A stretch of 60,257 nt of DNA from NCBI GenBank assembly GCA_964519225.1, contig CAZFJK010000004.1, positions 1 to 60,257 on the forward strand. The letters run 5' to 3'. The stretch comes from an uncultured Methanosarcinales archaeon (GTDB taxonomy: Archaea > Nanobdellota > Nanobdellia > Woesearchaeales > B54-G15). Made by a program: the position numbers and the translations under genes. Below, in pieces: positions 1 through 10,136 of the stretch. The notes under the pieces were generated by a model that searched no databases, was not told where the DNA came from, and was given only the letters and a program-made list of their open reading frames with translations. Each line of letters opens with the position of its first letter. Positions within the stretch are counted from its first letter, which is position 1.

Positions 1-1923
1 ATCTATGCCCTTTAGTTCTATCGTTAATTCATAGGTATCCTCATCAACAAATAAAGGAACTTCAAATATTACTGTCTCCTTATCACTTTTTTCTTCAGGC
101 TCTAGACGACCAAAATCAATCTCCTCTTCCTGTTCACCTTCATCCCCCATCTCTTCAAGAGTCACGGTTGCTATAACCTCATTTATATCTGTATCAGAAT
201 TCTTACTGAACGCATTCTTAACTTTAAGTTCAACTTTTATAGTATCATTTGGGTTTACTGCGTCTTCTAATTTATAACCGTCTTCTTTTTCTTTTAAGTC
301 TTCTCCGTTTATTGTCAGCTTCACAAATTCAAGTTTTCCAGTAATTATCTTCGCAATAGTTTCCGAAGAATTACGCCCATCTGATACTTCTATTTTGCAA
401 GCAGTTTCTCCTGCGAAAGTTTTACCCGATGCTGAAACTGTCAAAATAGAGCCTGAAATGCTGCATTCAGCAATCCTTGTATCGGGGATTCCATCTTTGA
501 TTAGTTTGAAACTCAAAGAATCACCATCAGCATCTGTTACGTAATCCAGCAAATTTATAGTTTCACTCTCATTCGGTGATAGTTTTACCACTATGGATTT
601 TGTCCAAACAGGAGCGTCTGGTTGGGGAGTCACGTTTATAACAAAATTATGTGAAACGCTATTAACACCATCAGAAGCGGCAACTTCACAATAAGCAGTT
701 CCTGAAAAGTCTTTTGCTGGTTTTAAAGTAAGATTAGTACCTCCACTTATTTCACAATCTACTTGGGAGGTGTTTTCATTAGTGATTGAAAGAGTGATTT
801 GATCTCCATCTGGATCTGAAACATACTGTATTATATTATATGATCCTGTTTTGTCTTCTTCTACGGTCAGCGTAGGAATGTTTGAACTCCATTCTGGAGG
901 ATCTCCTTTTTCAGTAACATTAATTTGAATTGTTTTCTCTGCGCTATTTCCATAAGAGTCTTCAACCTTGATTGTACAGTTATCTAAGCCATTAAAATTC
1001 TTCTCTGGTTTTACTGAAAAATTAGTACCATCGGTTTCTACTTTACATTCTATATGAGTTCCATTCTTAATTACGCTAAATGTTAAAGTGTCTCCTTCGT
1101 AATCAATATCAGGATCACTAACATTTGATTTCAGATCACTGGAAAGAATAGTCCAATCACTATCTTCTGGAATAGTAAACATGTCTTGAATTGTCCAAAC
1201 AGGAGCGTCTGGTTGGGGAGTCACGTTTATGGTAAGTGTTTCTTCAATCTCAACGCCATAATCAAAATCGCTTTGATTAAATACATAAACTTTTAATTTG
1301 CATTCCGCTGTTCCAGAAAAGTTGCTATAAGGAATCATTTTCAACAAAGAACCGTCATCAGTAATATCACAATCAACTTTGGAAGCATTTTCTTCACTTA
1401 TTTCAAACTTTACTCTATTATTTATAAGAGAAAAATCTGGAACAATATCTTCAGATAGATTCTTAATTTCTTTTGACGTATCTTCTTCTAGCGTAATATT
1501 TGTATCGTTGGTCTTTGTGTAAAATGAAGAACTCCAATCCAAATAAGTTATATTTAAGACCCAATCATTGGTAGCATTTACTCGGTCATTATAATAGCCA
1601 TCGTACCAACATTCTACATTCCATACAATATGGTCTCCATTAGAAAAAGCTTCATTGAAAGAGAACTCATCAGAACCGCTTCCTTGAAGATCAAGAGGGT
1701 TGTTTTTTCCATTACCATTAATAACTAGATCACATTTCGCTTGTTTACTAGTATTCCACTCTACTTTAAATTTGAAAGTAACATTACCATCTAAATCAAC
1801 AGAATTGTTCTCAGGCGAAATTAAAGTTATGTTAATATCGCTTGCAAAGACCATACCACTACTTAGCAAAATCCATAAACAAAGAATAAAAGGGAGTAAC
1901 AATCTTCCCATTATCTTATTCAT
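1..1923 (-). CDS. Secreted/surface protein with cadherin-like/Ig-like repeats (3' end runs off the window)
   Basis: Absent from the ORF track, presumably because no stop falls in the window. ATG at 1923 follows GGGGGTGG. It reads MNKIMGRLLLPFILCLWILLSSGMVFA (signal peptide), then repeated SDPDGD/TDADGD...VSDG...INVTPQPDAPVWT units. Confidence 0.85.
   Translation of the reverse strand, partial: MNKIMGRLLLPFILCLWILLSSGMVFASDINITLISPENNSVDLDGNVTFKFKVEWNTSKQAKCDLVINGNGKNNPLDLQGSGSDEFSFNEAFSNGDHIVWNVECWYDGYYNDRVNATNDWVLNITYLDWSSSFYTKTNDTNITLEEDTSKEIKNLSEDIVPDFSLINNRVKFEISEENASKVDCDITDDGSLLKMIPYSNFSGTAECKLKVYVFNQSDFDYGVEIEETLTINVTPQPDAPVWTIQDMFTIPEDSDWTILSSDLKSNVSDPDIDYEGDTLTFSVIKNGTHIECKVETDGTNFSVKPEKNFNGLDNCTIKVEDSYGNSAEKTIQINVTEKGDPPEWSSNIPTLTVEEDKTGSYNIIQYVSDPDGDQITLSITNENTSQVDCEISGGTNLTLKPAKDFSGTAYCEVAASDGVNSVSHNFVINVTPQPDAPVWTKSIVVKLSPNESETINLLDYVTDADGDSLSFKLIKDGIPDTRIAECSISGSILTVSASGKTFAGETACKIEVSDGRNSSETIAKIITGKLEFVKLTINGEDLKEKEDGYKLEDAVNPNDTIKVELKVKNAFSKNSDTDINEVIATVTLEEMGDEGEQEEEIDFGRLEPEEKSDKETVIFEVPLFVDEDTYELTIELKGID
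600..1230. repeat. Identical 40-bp intragenic direct repeat (600-639 and 1191-1230)
   Basis: TTGTCCAAACAGGAGCGTCTGGTTGGGGAGTCACGTTTAT occurs twice and encodes the INVTPQPDAPVWT inter-domain linker. Confidence 0.9.
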
Positions 1924-2058
1924 TAAACCACCCCCTATTCTACCAATCAAAATAATCAATTTTTTCTCAAAAGTAGTTACATATTTTTAAAGTTTTTGCT
2001 TGTCCTCTTGACTAAAAGGATTTAACCAACCGCTTAATTAGTTTTCAAGGATTGCGCA

Positions 2059-2463
2059 TCAATCCTTTTTATCTATCCAGTGCAAGCTCTGATCTTGCCA
2101 TATTTTTCTATACTTGTAAAAATAATAACTAAGCTCAGGTATACCTTTTTTACAGAAAATCACTTTGTGCGTCTTGATTACATCAATTTTAATATACAGA
2201 GGAAGCTCTTCAAAAATTCTGACATCATATTTATTAGAATCAATTCTACCCCATATTTCAAGCAATAAACTAGCAAACTCTTTCGGAGTTTTCAGCCTAG
2301 GCGCAACTATACAGATGTCAATATCACTTTTTGTCGTAGCCTCTCCTTTTGCCCAGGAACCATACACCAGAACAGCTTCAACCTCACTTTTCTCTTTTAA
2401 AAATTCAAAATCTTTTCTAATCTGTTTTTCAATTTCCTTCGTTAGCTTGTATGCTTGAACCAT
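2059..2463 (-). CDS. Minimal nucleotidyltransferase (MNT), antitoxin of a HEPN-MNT pair
   Basis: YGSWAKGEATTKSDIDI (GS-x10-DxD) in a 134-aa protein; overlaps the HEPN gene. Confidence 0.9.
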   Translation of the reverse strand: MVQAYKLTKEIEKQIRKDFEFLKEKSEVEAVLVYGSWAKGEATTKSDIDICIVAPRLKTPKEFASLLLEIWGRIDSNKYDVRIFEELPLYIKIDVIKTHKVIFCKKGIPELSYYFYKYRKIWQDQSLHWIDKKD

Positions 2464-2872
2464 TTCTCTTTATAAGTTCTTTAAACTTTTCAATAATCTT
2501 TTGTAAGCGGGGCAATAAAAACTCCATCGATTCCTTTGCAATCAAATCGTCTGTTCTATTATACTTATGAACTAACCGATTTCTTAAACCATTCGCATCT
2601 TTTAAAATTTTTATTTCATTTTCAGTTAAGTTAACAAGCGCTGCAAATTTAGCGAGATTAGTATAATCATCTTCGATTTCTTTTCTGCTATCTTTCAAAA
2701 ACATCGAAATCACATCAAACAAAGATTCAACAAGCTCTTGAAATGCTTTATAGCATGCAAGCTTTTTTATTTTATCACTTATTTCATAAAGCAATTCTTC
2801 CGCATCTTGCAATCGTTCCTCGGCGAGTTCCAGTTTTTCAGAATACCTTTTTTTCCTAAACTCCGGAATCAT
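2429..2872 (-). CDS. HEPN (DUF86/HepT-like) RNase toxin
   Basis: RNRLVHKY matches R-x4-H-x-Y. ATG at 2872 lies just after the rbcL stop (the ORF track starts at 2887). Confidence 0.88.
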   Translation of the reverse strand: MIPEFRKKRYSEKLELAEERLQDAEELLYEISDKIKKLACYKAFQELVESLFDVISMFLKDSRKEIEDDYTNLAKFAALVNLTENEIKILKDANGLRNRLVHKYNRTDDLIAKESMEFLLPRLQKIIEKFKELIKRNGSSIQANEGN

Positions 2873-2873
2873 T

Positions 2874-4139
2874 TTAAACCCGTGCAATAATACCCCATTG
2901 TTTGATTGCTTCCTTTAACTCAGGATGCGTTTTTGCATATGTTTTCAAATCAATTCCTTTAACCATCGCTTCTATTGCCTGCCTTGCTGCCATCGCGCCC
3001 TTTCTTGTTCCTCTCGGATGTCCGTGAATACCGCCGCCCATTTGAATGACGACATCCTTTCCAAAAATCTTCCATAAAGCAGGAAGCATTCCAGGATGCA
3101 ATCCACCTGAAGAAACGGGCATAACCTTTTTCATTCCATAGAAATCGCAAAGCAATGCTTCTCTGTTAGCTAAAACTTCCTCTTTTGTTTCAAACATTTT
3201 TCCAACAGCTGTTCCTATATGCAACTGATCACAACCAAGCAACCTAACAATCCTGGCAAGAACCTTCATGCTTATTCCGTGAATTGGACTCTTATCCAAA
3301 GCGGCATGCCCTGCTCTGTGTGCATGCATAACCAGTTTTAGGTTCTTGTTCTCATTCCTTAGCGTGTGCAGAGCACTCCAGCCAACAGTTATTACATCAA
3401 CCATTAAATATTCATTTCCACTCTCGGCAACAAGCTTAGCCCTTCTAAGCATTTCTTTGCATTCGGCAGTCACATTAATCATATACACTTTTTTCTCACC
3501 GGTTTCCTTTTCAGCCTTTCTTTTCATCTTCAATGTTTCCTTTAGTCTTTTCTCAAACTTGTTAAAACTCTGCGAGCTCAAGTTTTCATCATCTTTAACA
3601 ATATCACAACCGCCGATCCAAGCTTCATAAGCGACTTTAGCATGATCTTTTGTATTCAATCCGAGCTTCGGTTTAACTATCGTACCGAGTAAAGGCCTGT
3701 CATAAACACCAATAACTTTTCTCACACCATTCAAGCCAAACAAAGGCCCGGGAAAGCTCTTAACTATTTTTTCAGGAAAAATAATATCATTCAATCTTAA
3801 ATGCAGTACTTCCTTCATTCCAAAAACATTTCCAGCTATGCTCGATAAAATATTCGGCATGTTTCCGGGCTCGAATAGCTCAATAGGGTAAGCTATCTTG
3901 ATGTTTGCCCTTCTTCCAAGCCTGCCAACAGGCTCTATAGAAAAAACCTTTGCAGCATTTTTCAGAACATAGCGTTTAACAGTCGTTATTTCAGTCCATG
4001 TTCCTATGCTACTTTCTGCAGCAACAGCACCAGCTGCTCTTTCAATACGCTCCCGACCTCTCACATCAAGATAAAGATGACAAATCAAATCGTTTTTCTT
4101 TGGCTTATAGTTCAGATCTACATAATCTTCATATCTCAT
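2874..4139 (-). CDS. rbcL: Form III ribulose-1,5-bisphosphate carboxylase
   Basis: 421 aa with AESSIGTW, GTIVKPKLGL, DIVKDDENL (carbamylation motif), HAHRAGH, GKM, SGGLHPG and GGGIHGHP. Confidence 0.96.
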   Translation of the reverse strand: MRYEDYVDLNYKPKKNDLICHLYLDVRGRERIERAAGAVAAESSIGTWTEITTVKRYVLKNAAKVFSIEPVGRLGRRANIKIAYPIELFEPGNMPNILSSIAGNVFGMKEVLHLRLNDIIFPEKIVKSFPGPLFGLNGVRKVIGVYDRPLLGTIVKPKLGLNTKDHAKVAYEAWIGGCDIVKDDENLSSQSFNKFEKRLKETLKMKRKAEKETGEKKVYMINVTAECKEMLRRAKLVAESGNEYLMVDVITVGWSALHTLRNENKNLKLVMHAHRAGHAALDKSPIHGISMKVLARIVRLLGCDQLHIGTAVGKMFETKEEVLANREALLCDFYGMKKVMPVSSGGLHPGMLPALWKIFGKDVVIQMGGGIHGHPRGTRKGAMAARQAIEAMVKGIDLKTYAKTHPELKEAIKQWGIIARV

Positions 4140-4156
4140 TCAATCGCCTCTTTTTC

Positions 4157-4636
4157 CTAGTTTTTCTTATCTCCATAGTAAAACATCTTTTCTATCGAAA
4201 CATCCTCAGGAGTGAAACTGCCAACTTTTGGATGAGGCTTTTTTTCAGCATTAGAATCAACATTGATGCTTGTTGCTGTATCTCTTTCGGCTTTAAGCGC
4301 TGCCTGTCCTTTAATCGGAACATTAAGCTTTTCTTTAATCATTTTAAGCTCGTCCCTTATTTTCGCGAGTTCTTTCTGCAACAAATCAATTTGCCTTTGA
4401 AGCACATCTTTGCTTCGATCAAACACTGCTTTTAATTGCTCGAGTGTTAATTCAGGCACTGCTTGTGCTTGCGAACCAATAGAAGTCGTATCTTTCTCTT
4501 TTAAATTCTTAACAGAAGCGACTCTTTTTCTCAAAATAGCTTCTGCCATTTCAACAGCCTTTGTTCTATCCTCCACTATTCCTTGATCAAGCAATTCCTG
4601 AGCAAGTTTGTTTACCTTTTGTATATCCTCAATCAT
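4157..4636 (-). CDS. Hypothetical coiled-coil protein
   Basis: 159-aa ORF preceded by GAGGTGA and co-oriented in the rbcL operon. Confidence 0.75.
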   Translation of the reverse strand: MIEDIQKVNKLAQELLDQGIVEDRTKAVEMAEAILRKRVASVKNLKEKDTTSIGSQAQAVPELTLEQLKAVFDRSKDVLQRQIDLLQKELAKIRDELKMIKEKLNVPIKGQAALKAERDTATSINVDSNAEKKPHPKVGSFTPEDVSIEKMFYYGDKKN

Positions 4637-4649
4637 TTTATCACCTCAT

Positions 4650-5141
4650 CTAGCAAACAACAAATTTATCTCCACCAAGATGGAACAATCTTTTTCCTTC
4701 TGCTTTGAAACACTCATTAACAACTTTTCCTACAAATAAAACATGATCTCCGACATCGACCTCATTCACAATCTCGCATTCCAAAAATCCAAGTGCTTGT
4801 TTTATCCTAGCACAATCAAGTGCCTCAGCATTTTCTTTTTCAAAGCGCGTTTCAGTAAATTTATCAACATCTCTGCCAGAATGCGTTCCGCAAAACAAAA
4901 CATCGTCTTTATACTCAGCTGAAATAAAATTTACAACAAAACTTCCTGCCTTTCTTATCAACTCGCATGAATATCTTGTTTTTCCAATCACAATGCCATA
5001 CATCTCTGGATCAAAACTCAAAGGACTGTGCCAAGCGACTGGAATAATATTATCTATTTCTTTTCCATTAACAAATGCTCTAATAGTAACAAGAACAACT
5101 TGTCGTGGAGAGATTGTCCGCATAAGTTCTTTTTTAGCCAT
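4650..5141 (-). CDS. Flavin reductase-like (FMN-binding split barrel) protein
   Basis: PRQVVLV, CGTHSGRDVDKF and GDHVLFVGKV motifs; GAGGTGA precedes the ATG at 5141. Confidence 0.9.
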   Translation of the reverse strand: MAKKELMRTISPRQVVLVTIRAFVNGKEIDNIIPVAWHSPLSFDPEMYGIVIGKTRYSCELIRKAGSFVVNFISAEYKDDVLFCGTHSGRDVDKFTETRFEKENAEALDCARIKQALGFLECEIVNEVDVGDHVLFVGKVVNECFKAEGKRLFHLGGDKFVVC

Positions 5142-5181
5142 TTTCACCTCTTTTGTCTAAATTTCAAGATACTTCTCATAT

Positions 5182-5694
5182 TTAATTCTTTTCGATTTTT
5201 CCAAGCAAAATCAGGTCATGTTTATCATCCAATCTATCAAACAAGGAAAAATTTTCTTCTATGAGCAGAACAAGCTTGTTGAAATTCTTGCTCTTCTTTA
5301 AAACAGAGATTACACAGGAAGCATCATTTTTCCCAACTCTTTTCATCTCAGCAAGACTTCTTTCAGCAGAGCCAAAATTGTGTAAAGCAGTCAGGCATAT
5401 GATTGCATCAAAGGAGTTATCTTTGAAAGGGAGCGCTTCTGCCTTAGCGCAAATAAACACACAACCAGGATATTTCTCCTTTGCAATCCTAAGTAATTCA
5501 ATGCAAGAATCAACACCAATTTTTAACTTTGTCTCTTCCCAAAATCCGGTACTTATTCCTGTCCCACAGCCGATATCTAAAAGAAATCCGTTAAGCTTGG
5601 AACCGAGTTTTTCATTTATCAAACTTAATTTTCTTTCTTGCTCATGCGCATACAATTCATCATATCCCGATGCAATACTTTTGTAAAAGTTCAT
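5182..5694 (-). CDS. Class I SAM-dependent methyltransferase (Methyltransf_11-like)
   Basis: LLDIGCGTG, AEALPFKDNSFD and EMKRV. Start set at ATG 5694 to avoid overlap with cbf5. Confidence 0.88.
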   Translation of the reverse strand: MNFYKSIASGYDELYAHEQERKLSLINEKLGSKLNGFLLDIGCGTGISTGFWEETKLKIGVDSCIELLRIAKEKYPGCVFICAKAEALPFKDNSFDAIICLTALHNFGSAERSLAEMKRVGKNDASCVISVLKKSKNFNKLVLLIEENFSLFDRLDDKHDLILLGKIEKN

Positions 5695-5743
5695 ATTCAA
5701 ATCAAAGAAAACTTTTTTATAAATATATTTTCCAAATCTTTTA

Positions 5744-6754
5744 ATGGAAAAAGAGCAAAACCTAAAACTCCCTTTTGAAAAAATAAAACGCAAAATCTTA
5801 GTTAAAGAAGAAGCCGAAACAAATCCTGCTCACGGCTGTCCGCCAGACAAGAGACCGGTAGAAGAACTAATCAATTACGGCGTTGTAAATATCGATAAGC
5901 CTTCAGGTCCAACATCTCACGAAGTTGCTTCTTACGTAAGAAAAATACTCAATATAAAACGTGCTGGTCACAGCGGAACCTTAGACCCGAAAGTAACTGG
6001 TGTACTACCAATAGCTCTTGGCGGAGCAACAAGAATTCTTCAATTTTTGCTCAAAGCAGGAAAAGAATACATTGCCTTGATGCATCTTCACAAGAAAATT
6101 TCAGAAGAAGAAATCAGAAAAGGTCTAAACTCATTTGTTGGCCTGATCGAACAGCTCCCACCGAAAAAGAGTGCAGTAAAAAGACAGCTAAGAAAAAAAC
6201 GTGTTTATTACATTGACATCCTAGAAATCGACGGAAAAGACGTTCTCTTTAGGATAGGCTGTGAAGCCGGTGTTTATATAAGAAAACTAATACACGACTT
6301 CGGCGTAAAGCTAAAATGCGGAGCTCATATGCAGGAATTGCGACGAACAAAGGCAGGTCCGTTCGATGAATCAACATTGATAACCCTGCAAGATTTGCTT
6401 GATGCTTACTGGTTCTGGAAAAACGAAGGAAATGAAAAATACATTCGATATTGCATCAAACCAATAGAATTCGCTGTACAGCACCTACCAAAAGTTTGGG
6501 TTAAAGATGCTGCTGTCGATGCTCTCTGCCATGGTATTGATCTCAAAATTCCAGGAATAGCAAAGCTTCATGATTATATTCTCGAAGGTGATCTCGTAGC
6601 TGTAATGACATTAAAAGATGAACTTATTGCAATTGGCATAGCAGAAACAACGAGTGAAAAAATGTTAAGAAAAACAAGAGGCTATGCAGTGAATATAAAA
6701 AAGGTATTTATGAAGCCAGGAACGTATCCAAAGATAAAGAAGAAAATCAGCTAA
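5744..6754 (+). CDS. cbf5: H/ACA RNA-guided pseudouridine synthase Cbf5 (TruB family, PUA domain)
   Basis: IDKPSGPTSHEV, GHSGTLDPKVTG, GVYIRKLIHD and a C-terminal PUA domain. Confidence 0.96.
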   Translation: MEKEQNLKLPFEKIKRKILVKEEAETNPAHGCPPDKRPVEELINYGVVNIDKPSGPTSHEVASYVRKILNIKRAGHSGTLDPKVTGVLPIALGGATRILQFLLKAGKEYIALMHLHKKISEEEIRKGLNSFVGLIEQLPPKKSAVKRQLRKKRVYYIDILEIDGKDVLFRIGCEAGVYIRKLIHDFGVKLKCGAHMQELRRTKAGPFDESTLITLQDLLDAYWFWKNEGNEKYIRYCIKPIEFAVQHLPKVWVKDAAVDALCHGIDLKIPGIAKLHDYILEGDLVAVMTLKDELIAIGIAETTSEKMLRKTRGYAVNIKKVFMKPGTYPKIKKKIS

Positions 6755-7098
6755 TCTTTTAAGTTCTTATACCAATGCCTTTGCAATTCCTGAACTAAGC
6801 AGGATGCACAGGTTCTGCATTTTCTAACATGTTCTATTAATTCATCTAATGATGCGCCTGAAACACCTTTTTCAGTATTTAAAAAGGCATTTAAAAACTG
6901 CTGTTCCAATGAACTTAAGGATAAACTCAAACCAACATTTTTAAGAATCTTCTCAAAGAAAACATGCTTATTGTATCTGCATGCAACTCTTTGAGCGCTT
7001 CTAAATTCAGAAATAACTTCTGGTGACGGATGCGCTGAGTTTAACTTTGACCTCACATATTCTCGAGAAAAACCAAAAATCATGCAAAAAGCATTCAC
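6751..7098 (-). CDS. Hypothetical protein with HxxxCxxC motif (may extend to 7197)
   Basis: EHVRKCRTC near the C-terminus. The frame stays open upstream to 7203. Confidence 0.6.
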   Translation of the reverse strand: MNAFCMIFGFSREYVRSKLNSAHPSPEVISEFRSAQRVACRYNKHVFFEKILKNVGLSLSLSSLEQQFLNAFLNTEKGVSGASLDELIEHVRKCRTCASCLVQELQRHWYKNLKD

Positions 7099-7290
7099 AT
7101 AAGGTTCGCGTTCCTGTTCATCAACAGGAGCAAAAAGATGAGTAAAATACTTCAGTGCATCATCTCTTATTTCTGAATTTTCAGATTTATCATCCGTTCT
7201 TTCTCACCCCTTTTAATTAAAGAGCGGAAGAAAAGAAAATTTAAATTTTTTTATACAAAAAACTTATAATTCATCAAAAACCAGTATTTT

Positions 7291-7364
7291 GGGCCGGTAG
7301 TTCAACCTGGTAGAACGTCCGCCTCGCTAGCGGAAGGCTGCGGGTTCAAATCCCGCCCGGTCCA
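7291..7364 (+). tRNA. tRNA-Ala(CGC)
   Basis: GGGCCGG/CCGGTCC acceptor stem with G3:U70, anticodon stem TCCGC/GCGGA, CGC at 7325-7327 and TTCAAAT T-loop. Confidence 0.93.
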
Positions 7365-7508
7365 TTTTCTTCTTTCCCTCCTTGAATTATTTTAATCCAA
7401 AAAAATTTAATATTAATTGGATTATCTTAATCCAAAAAATGACGAGCGACTTTCAGTACTTAGCCAAAGAAAAAATCAATTATTCTTTCTATCCAATTGT
7501 AATGTAAA

Positions 7509-8489
7509 ATGCTAAATATAGCAGGAGCAGGTCCGGCAGGTTCGACATGCGCTTATTATTTAGCAAACTCCGCTTTTGAAGTTGCTTTATACGACAAAGA
7601 AAAATTTCCTAGAGAAAAACAATGCGCAGGCGGGCTTTTCAATCCTGAAGATTATATCAAAGAATTTCCTTGGCTTGAGAAATTCATCAACCAAAACACA
7701 ACAAAACTCTATAAAATAGAATTCAGATGCAGCAATGTTAAAGCAGAATTCCAATCAGATAAGCCAATACTCGCCACAACAACGAGAAGGGAACTCGACT
7801 CTTTTATTCTCCAACAAGCAAAGAAACAGGGAGCTGCTCTCATTCAAAACAAGCTAAACAAAGCAAACATAACAGCAACAGGCGCTAAGCAGTTCACATA
7901 CAAACATAAAGGAATTTGCTTTGTTGCAGAAATAAAGACAAAACCAAAACCAGAGCCAAAGGCAATAGTCCATTATTTTTTCAATCGCATCAAAGGATAT
8001 GCGTGGCTTTTTCCAAAGAAACACTCAGCAAACATCGGCTTAGGAACATATCTTCCATGCAGAAATGCAAGAAACGCGTTTTTCAGATTCATCGATAATC
8101 TAAAAGAAGAGTCTTTACTGCAAAAAAACACAACAATAGAACCAAATGCCGCGCCGATACCATTCTCACCAAGAAAACTTTACGATAAAAACACAGTATT
8201 CATAGGCGACTCAGCAGGACTTGTTGCTCCGAAAACTGGCGAAGGAATTTTCTTTGCCATGCTCAGCGGAAAACTCCTTGCAGACGCAATATGGCGCTGG
8301 AAAGAACTTAGCAATCGAGCAAAGAAAGAATACGCTGAACAATGCAAGAAAAAAATTTTTCCAATGCTGAAACAAATCCCTTTTGCAAAATGGAATATTA
8401 CATGGAAGCTTGCAAAAGCAGTAATAACAAAAAAGATAAAAAAACATCCAGAAACACTCGCAAAAGAATTTTTCAGACTTAACTGCTGA
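7509..8489 (+). CDS. Geranylgeranyl reductase-family FAD oxidoreductase
   Basis: GAGPAG, FPREKQCAGGL, GYAWLFPK and GDSAGLVAPKTGEGI. Confidence 0.88.
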   Translation: MLNIAGAGPAGSTCAYYLANSAFEVALYDKEKFPREKQCAGGLFNPEDYIKEFPWLEKFINQNTTKLYKIEFRCSNVKAEFQSDKPILATTTRRELDSFILQQAKKQGAALIQNKLNKANITATGAKQFTYKHKGICFVAEIKTKPKPEPKAIVHYFFNRIKGYAWLFPKKHSANIGLGTYLPCRNARNAFFRFIDNLKEESLLQKNTTIEPNAAPIPFSPRKLYDKNTVFIGDSAGLVAPKTGEGIFFAMLSGKLLADAIWRWKELSNRAKKEYAEQCKKKIFPMLKQIPFAKWNITWKLAKAVITKKIKKHPETLAKEFFRLNC

Positions 8490-8829
8490 AAACAGAAGCT
8501 CGTTCTAAAGTTCGCTCTAATTCCTCAAACCGTTTAAACAACCATATTAATATTTCCTCAACCTTGCCCAAGTTTCCTCGCTTGTATTCTTTTTTGCAAT
8601 GAGCCAGATAAACAATCGATTCATTCATCAAGCTTTTCAATTTTCTTAGAAACTGTGCGCTTTCCGCTACAGGTTTTTCAGCTTTAACTAAATCTTCTGC
8701 ATCATGAATTTGATCAATAATCACTATAAGCACCTTTGAAACTTGCTTTTCAAAATCTTCAAAGCTAACTTTCCTTTTGCATAACATAATTAAAGTTCTT
8801 ATTCCAGCTTTAGCATTATCAAAATCCAT
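8479..8829 (-). CDS. Hypothetical protein
   Basis: 116-aa ORF abutting the DUF357 gene at the end of the superoperon. Confidence 0.7.
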   Translation of the reverse strand: MDFDNAKAGIRTLIMLCKRKVSFEDFEKQVSKVLIVIIDQIHDAEDLVKAEKPVAESAQFLRKLKSLMNESIVYLAHCKKEYKRGNLGKVEEILIWLFKRFEELERTLERASVFSS

Positions 8830-9120
8830 TTAATCCACCACAAACAATCCGCTTTTTCTATCAACTTCAAACAACCCAAGTCTTGCACCAGCGTCGAGCC
8901 ATGCATGTGCATAATTCAAAGCGCCAAAAGCACTTGCCCAATCATCATTTTGCATAAAATGTTCTGCATCACTAAAATAGCGTTTAGCCATATCAAGAAA
9001 ATCCTCAGCTGCTTTTCTTAAATGGCTATTTTCAGGAACAGCAATCTTTATCTTTTCCAAAGCAGAACCAGTAATCTCGAACTCTTTTTTCAATCTTGCT
9101 TCATCAATTTCTTTTTTCAT
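8830..9120 (-). CDS. DUF357 family protein
   Basis: [12 protein letters not shown]...[16 protein letters not shown]. Confidence 0.88.
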   Translation of the reverse strand: MKKEIDEARLKKEFEITGSALEKIKIAVPENSHLRKAAEDFLDMAKRYFSDAEHFMQNDDWASAFGALNYAHAWLDAGARLGLFEVDRKSGLFVVD

Positions 9121-9350
9121 TTCTTAGCTGAGTTTTTGCTAGGCATCGGCCTTTTCACAGTAATAGGAATAATTCCTTTTTCAAACTCTATTTTAGCTAT
9201 CTCAATCGGATCATATCTAATCTGTTCAAGATCATCTTTACTCAATTTTACAAGAAAAGGCGCTCCCATCGCTATTTGCAAAGCCCTGCTACCAATCATT
9301 CTTGCCCTTTCATATTTTGTATATTCCCCTTCAAGCAGTTCTGTTTTCAT
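9117..9350 (-). CDS. rpoK: RNA polymerase subunit K (Rpo6)
   Basis: [21 protein letters not shown]. Confidence 0.96.
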   Translation of the reverse strand: MKTELLEGEYTKYERARMIGSRALQIAMGAPFLVKLSKDDLEQIRYDPIEIAKIEFEKGIIPITVKRPMPSKNSAKK

Positions 9351-10135
9351 TTTACCACCAACTTCCTAAGTTCTTTTCCATATTGAATTCCAATTTTAAC
9401 CATCTTTTTTATATCTTCAGCACTCAAAGGAGCGTCGCCTCCTTTTTGTAAAGCGCAAAGTCTTCCATCGCTTATACTCCCGACAGTGAGCCGCGCATCA
9501 TACAGCTCCTGTTCCTCTGTTGTTGGATCAATAATAAAGTAATCTCCAATTTTGAATACAGTCACACTTACAGGATTAGCATCAATTAAAGGAAGCTTTT
9601 TATTTGTTTTGGTTCCATAATCAATTTTGTCATCAACAACTGCAGGAAAAACTGCATTTTTCAAAGCAGCAAATGCAGCCAAAGCACTTGCATCAAACAA
9701 ATTACCAGCATCATTAATCGGACAGATATCAATCAACACAGCCCAAGCTTTTTCTCCAGGCTCAATGCACAGCTTCTTTAAATCAATAAACCCGCTCTCT
9801 CGGATGCCTCTATCAACAATCCTTGCAAGTTCAATAGCCTCTATACCTGGTGGCCCCATTTCAAAACGCGGGTTTGCCAAGGGCAATAACTCAGCACCAA
9901 CCATAAGTAGGCCTTCATCAGGCGTATCTGGATATGGCTGTTCTATTGCAAGTTTTACTCCAGCAAAAACAAGCGTCTCGCCTATCTGAACACTTGCGCT
10001 GCCTTCCGCATTAACACTTACACCATAATTTACTTTCAATGGCTTTCTATATTCAAGCAGTTTTCTTCCATCCAATCTAACGCCTTTTTCAAGCAGTTCA
10101 ATTACGTGTTTTTTTGCCTCGCTTTCAAAACTCAT
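9347..10135 (-). CDS. rrp42: Exosome subunit Rrp42
   Basis: [29 protein letters not shown] and LQKGG; adjacent to rrp41. Confidence 0.95.
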   Translation of the reverse strand: MSFESEAKKHVIELLEKGVRLDGRKLLEYRKPLKVNYGVSVNAEGSASVQIGETLVFAGVKLAIEQPYPDTPDEGLLMVGAELLPLANPRFEMGPPGIEAIELARIVDRGIRESGFIDLKKLCIEPGEKAWAVLIDICPINDAGNLFDASALAAFAALKNAVFPAVVDDKIDYGTKTNKKLPLIDANPVSVTVFKIGDYFIIDPTTEEQELYDARLTVGSISDGRLCALQKGGDAPLSAEDIKKMVKIGIQYGKELRKLVVK

Positions 10136-10136
10136 T

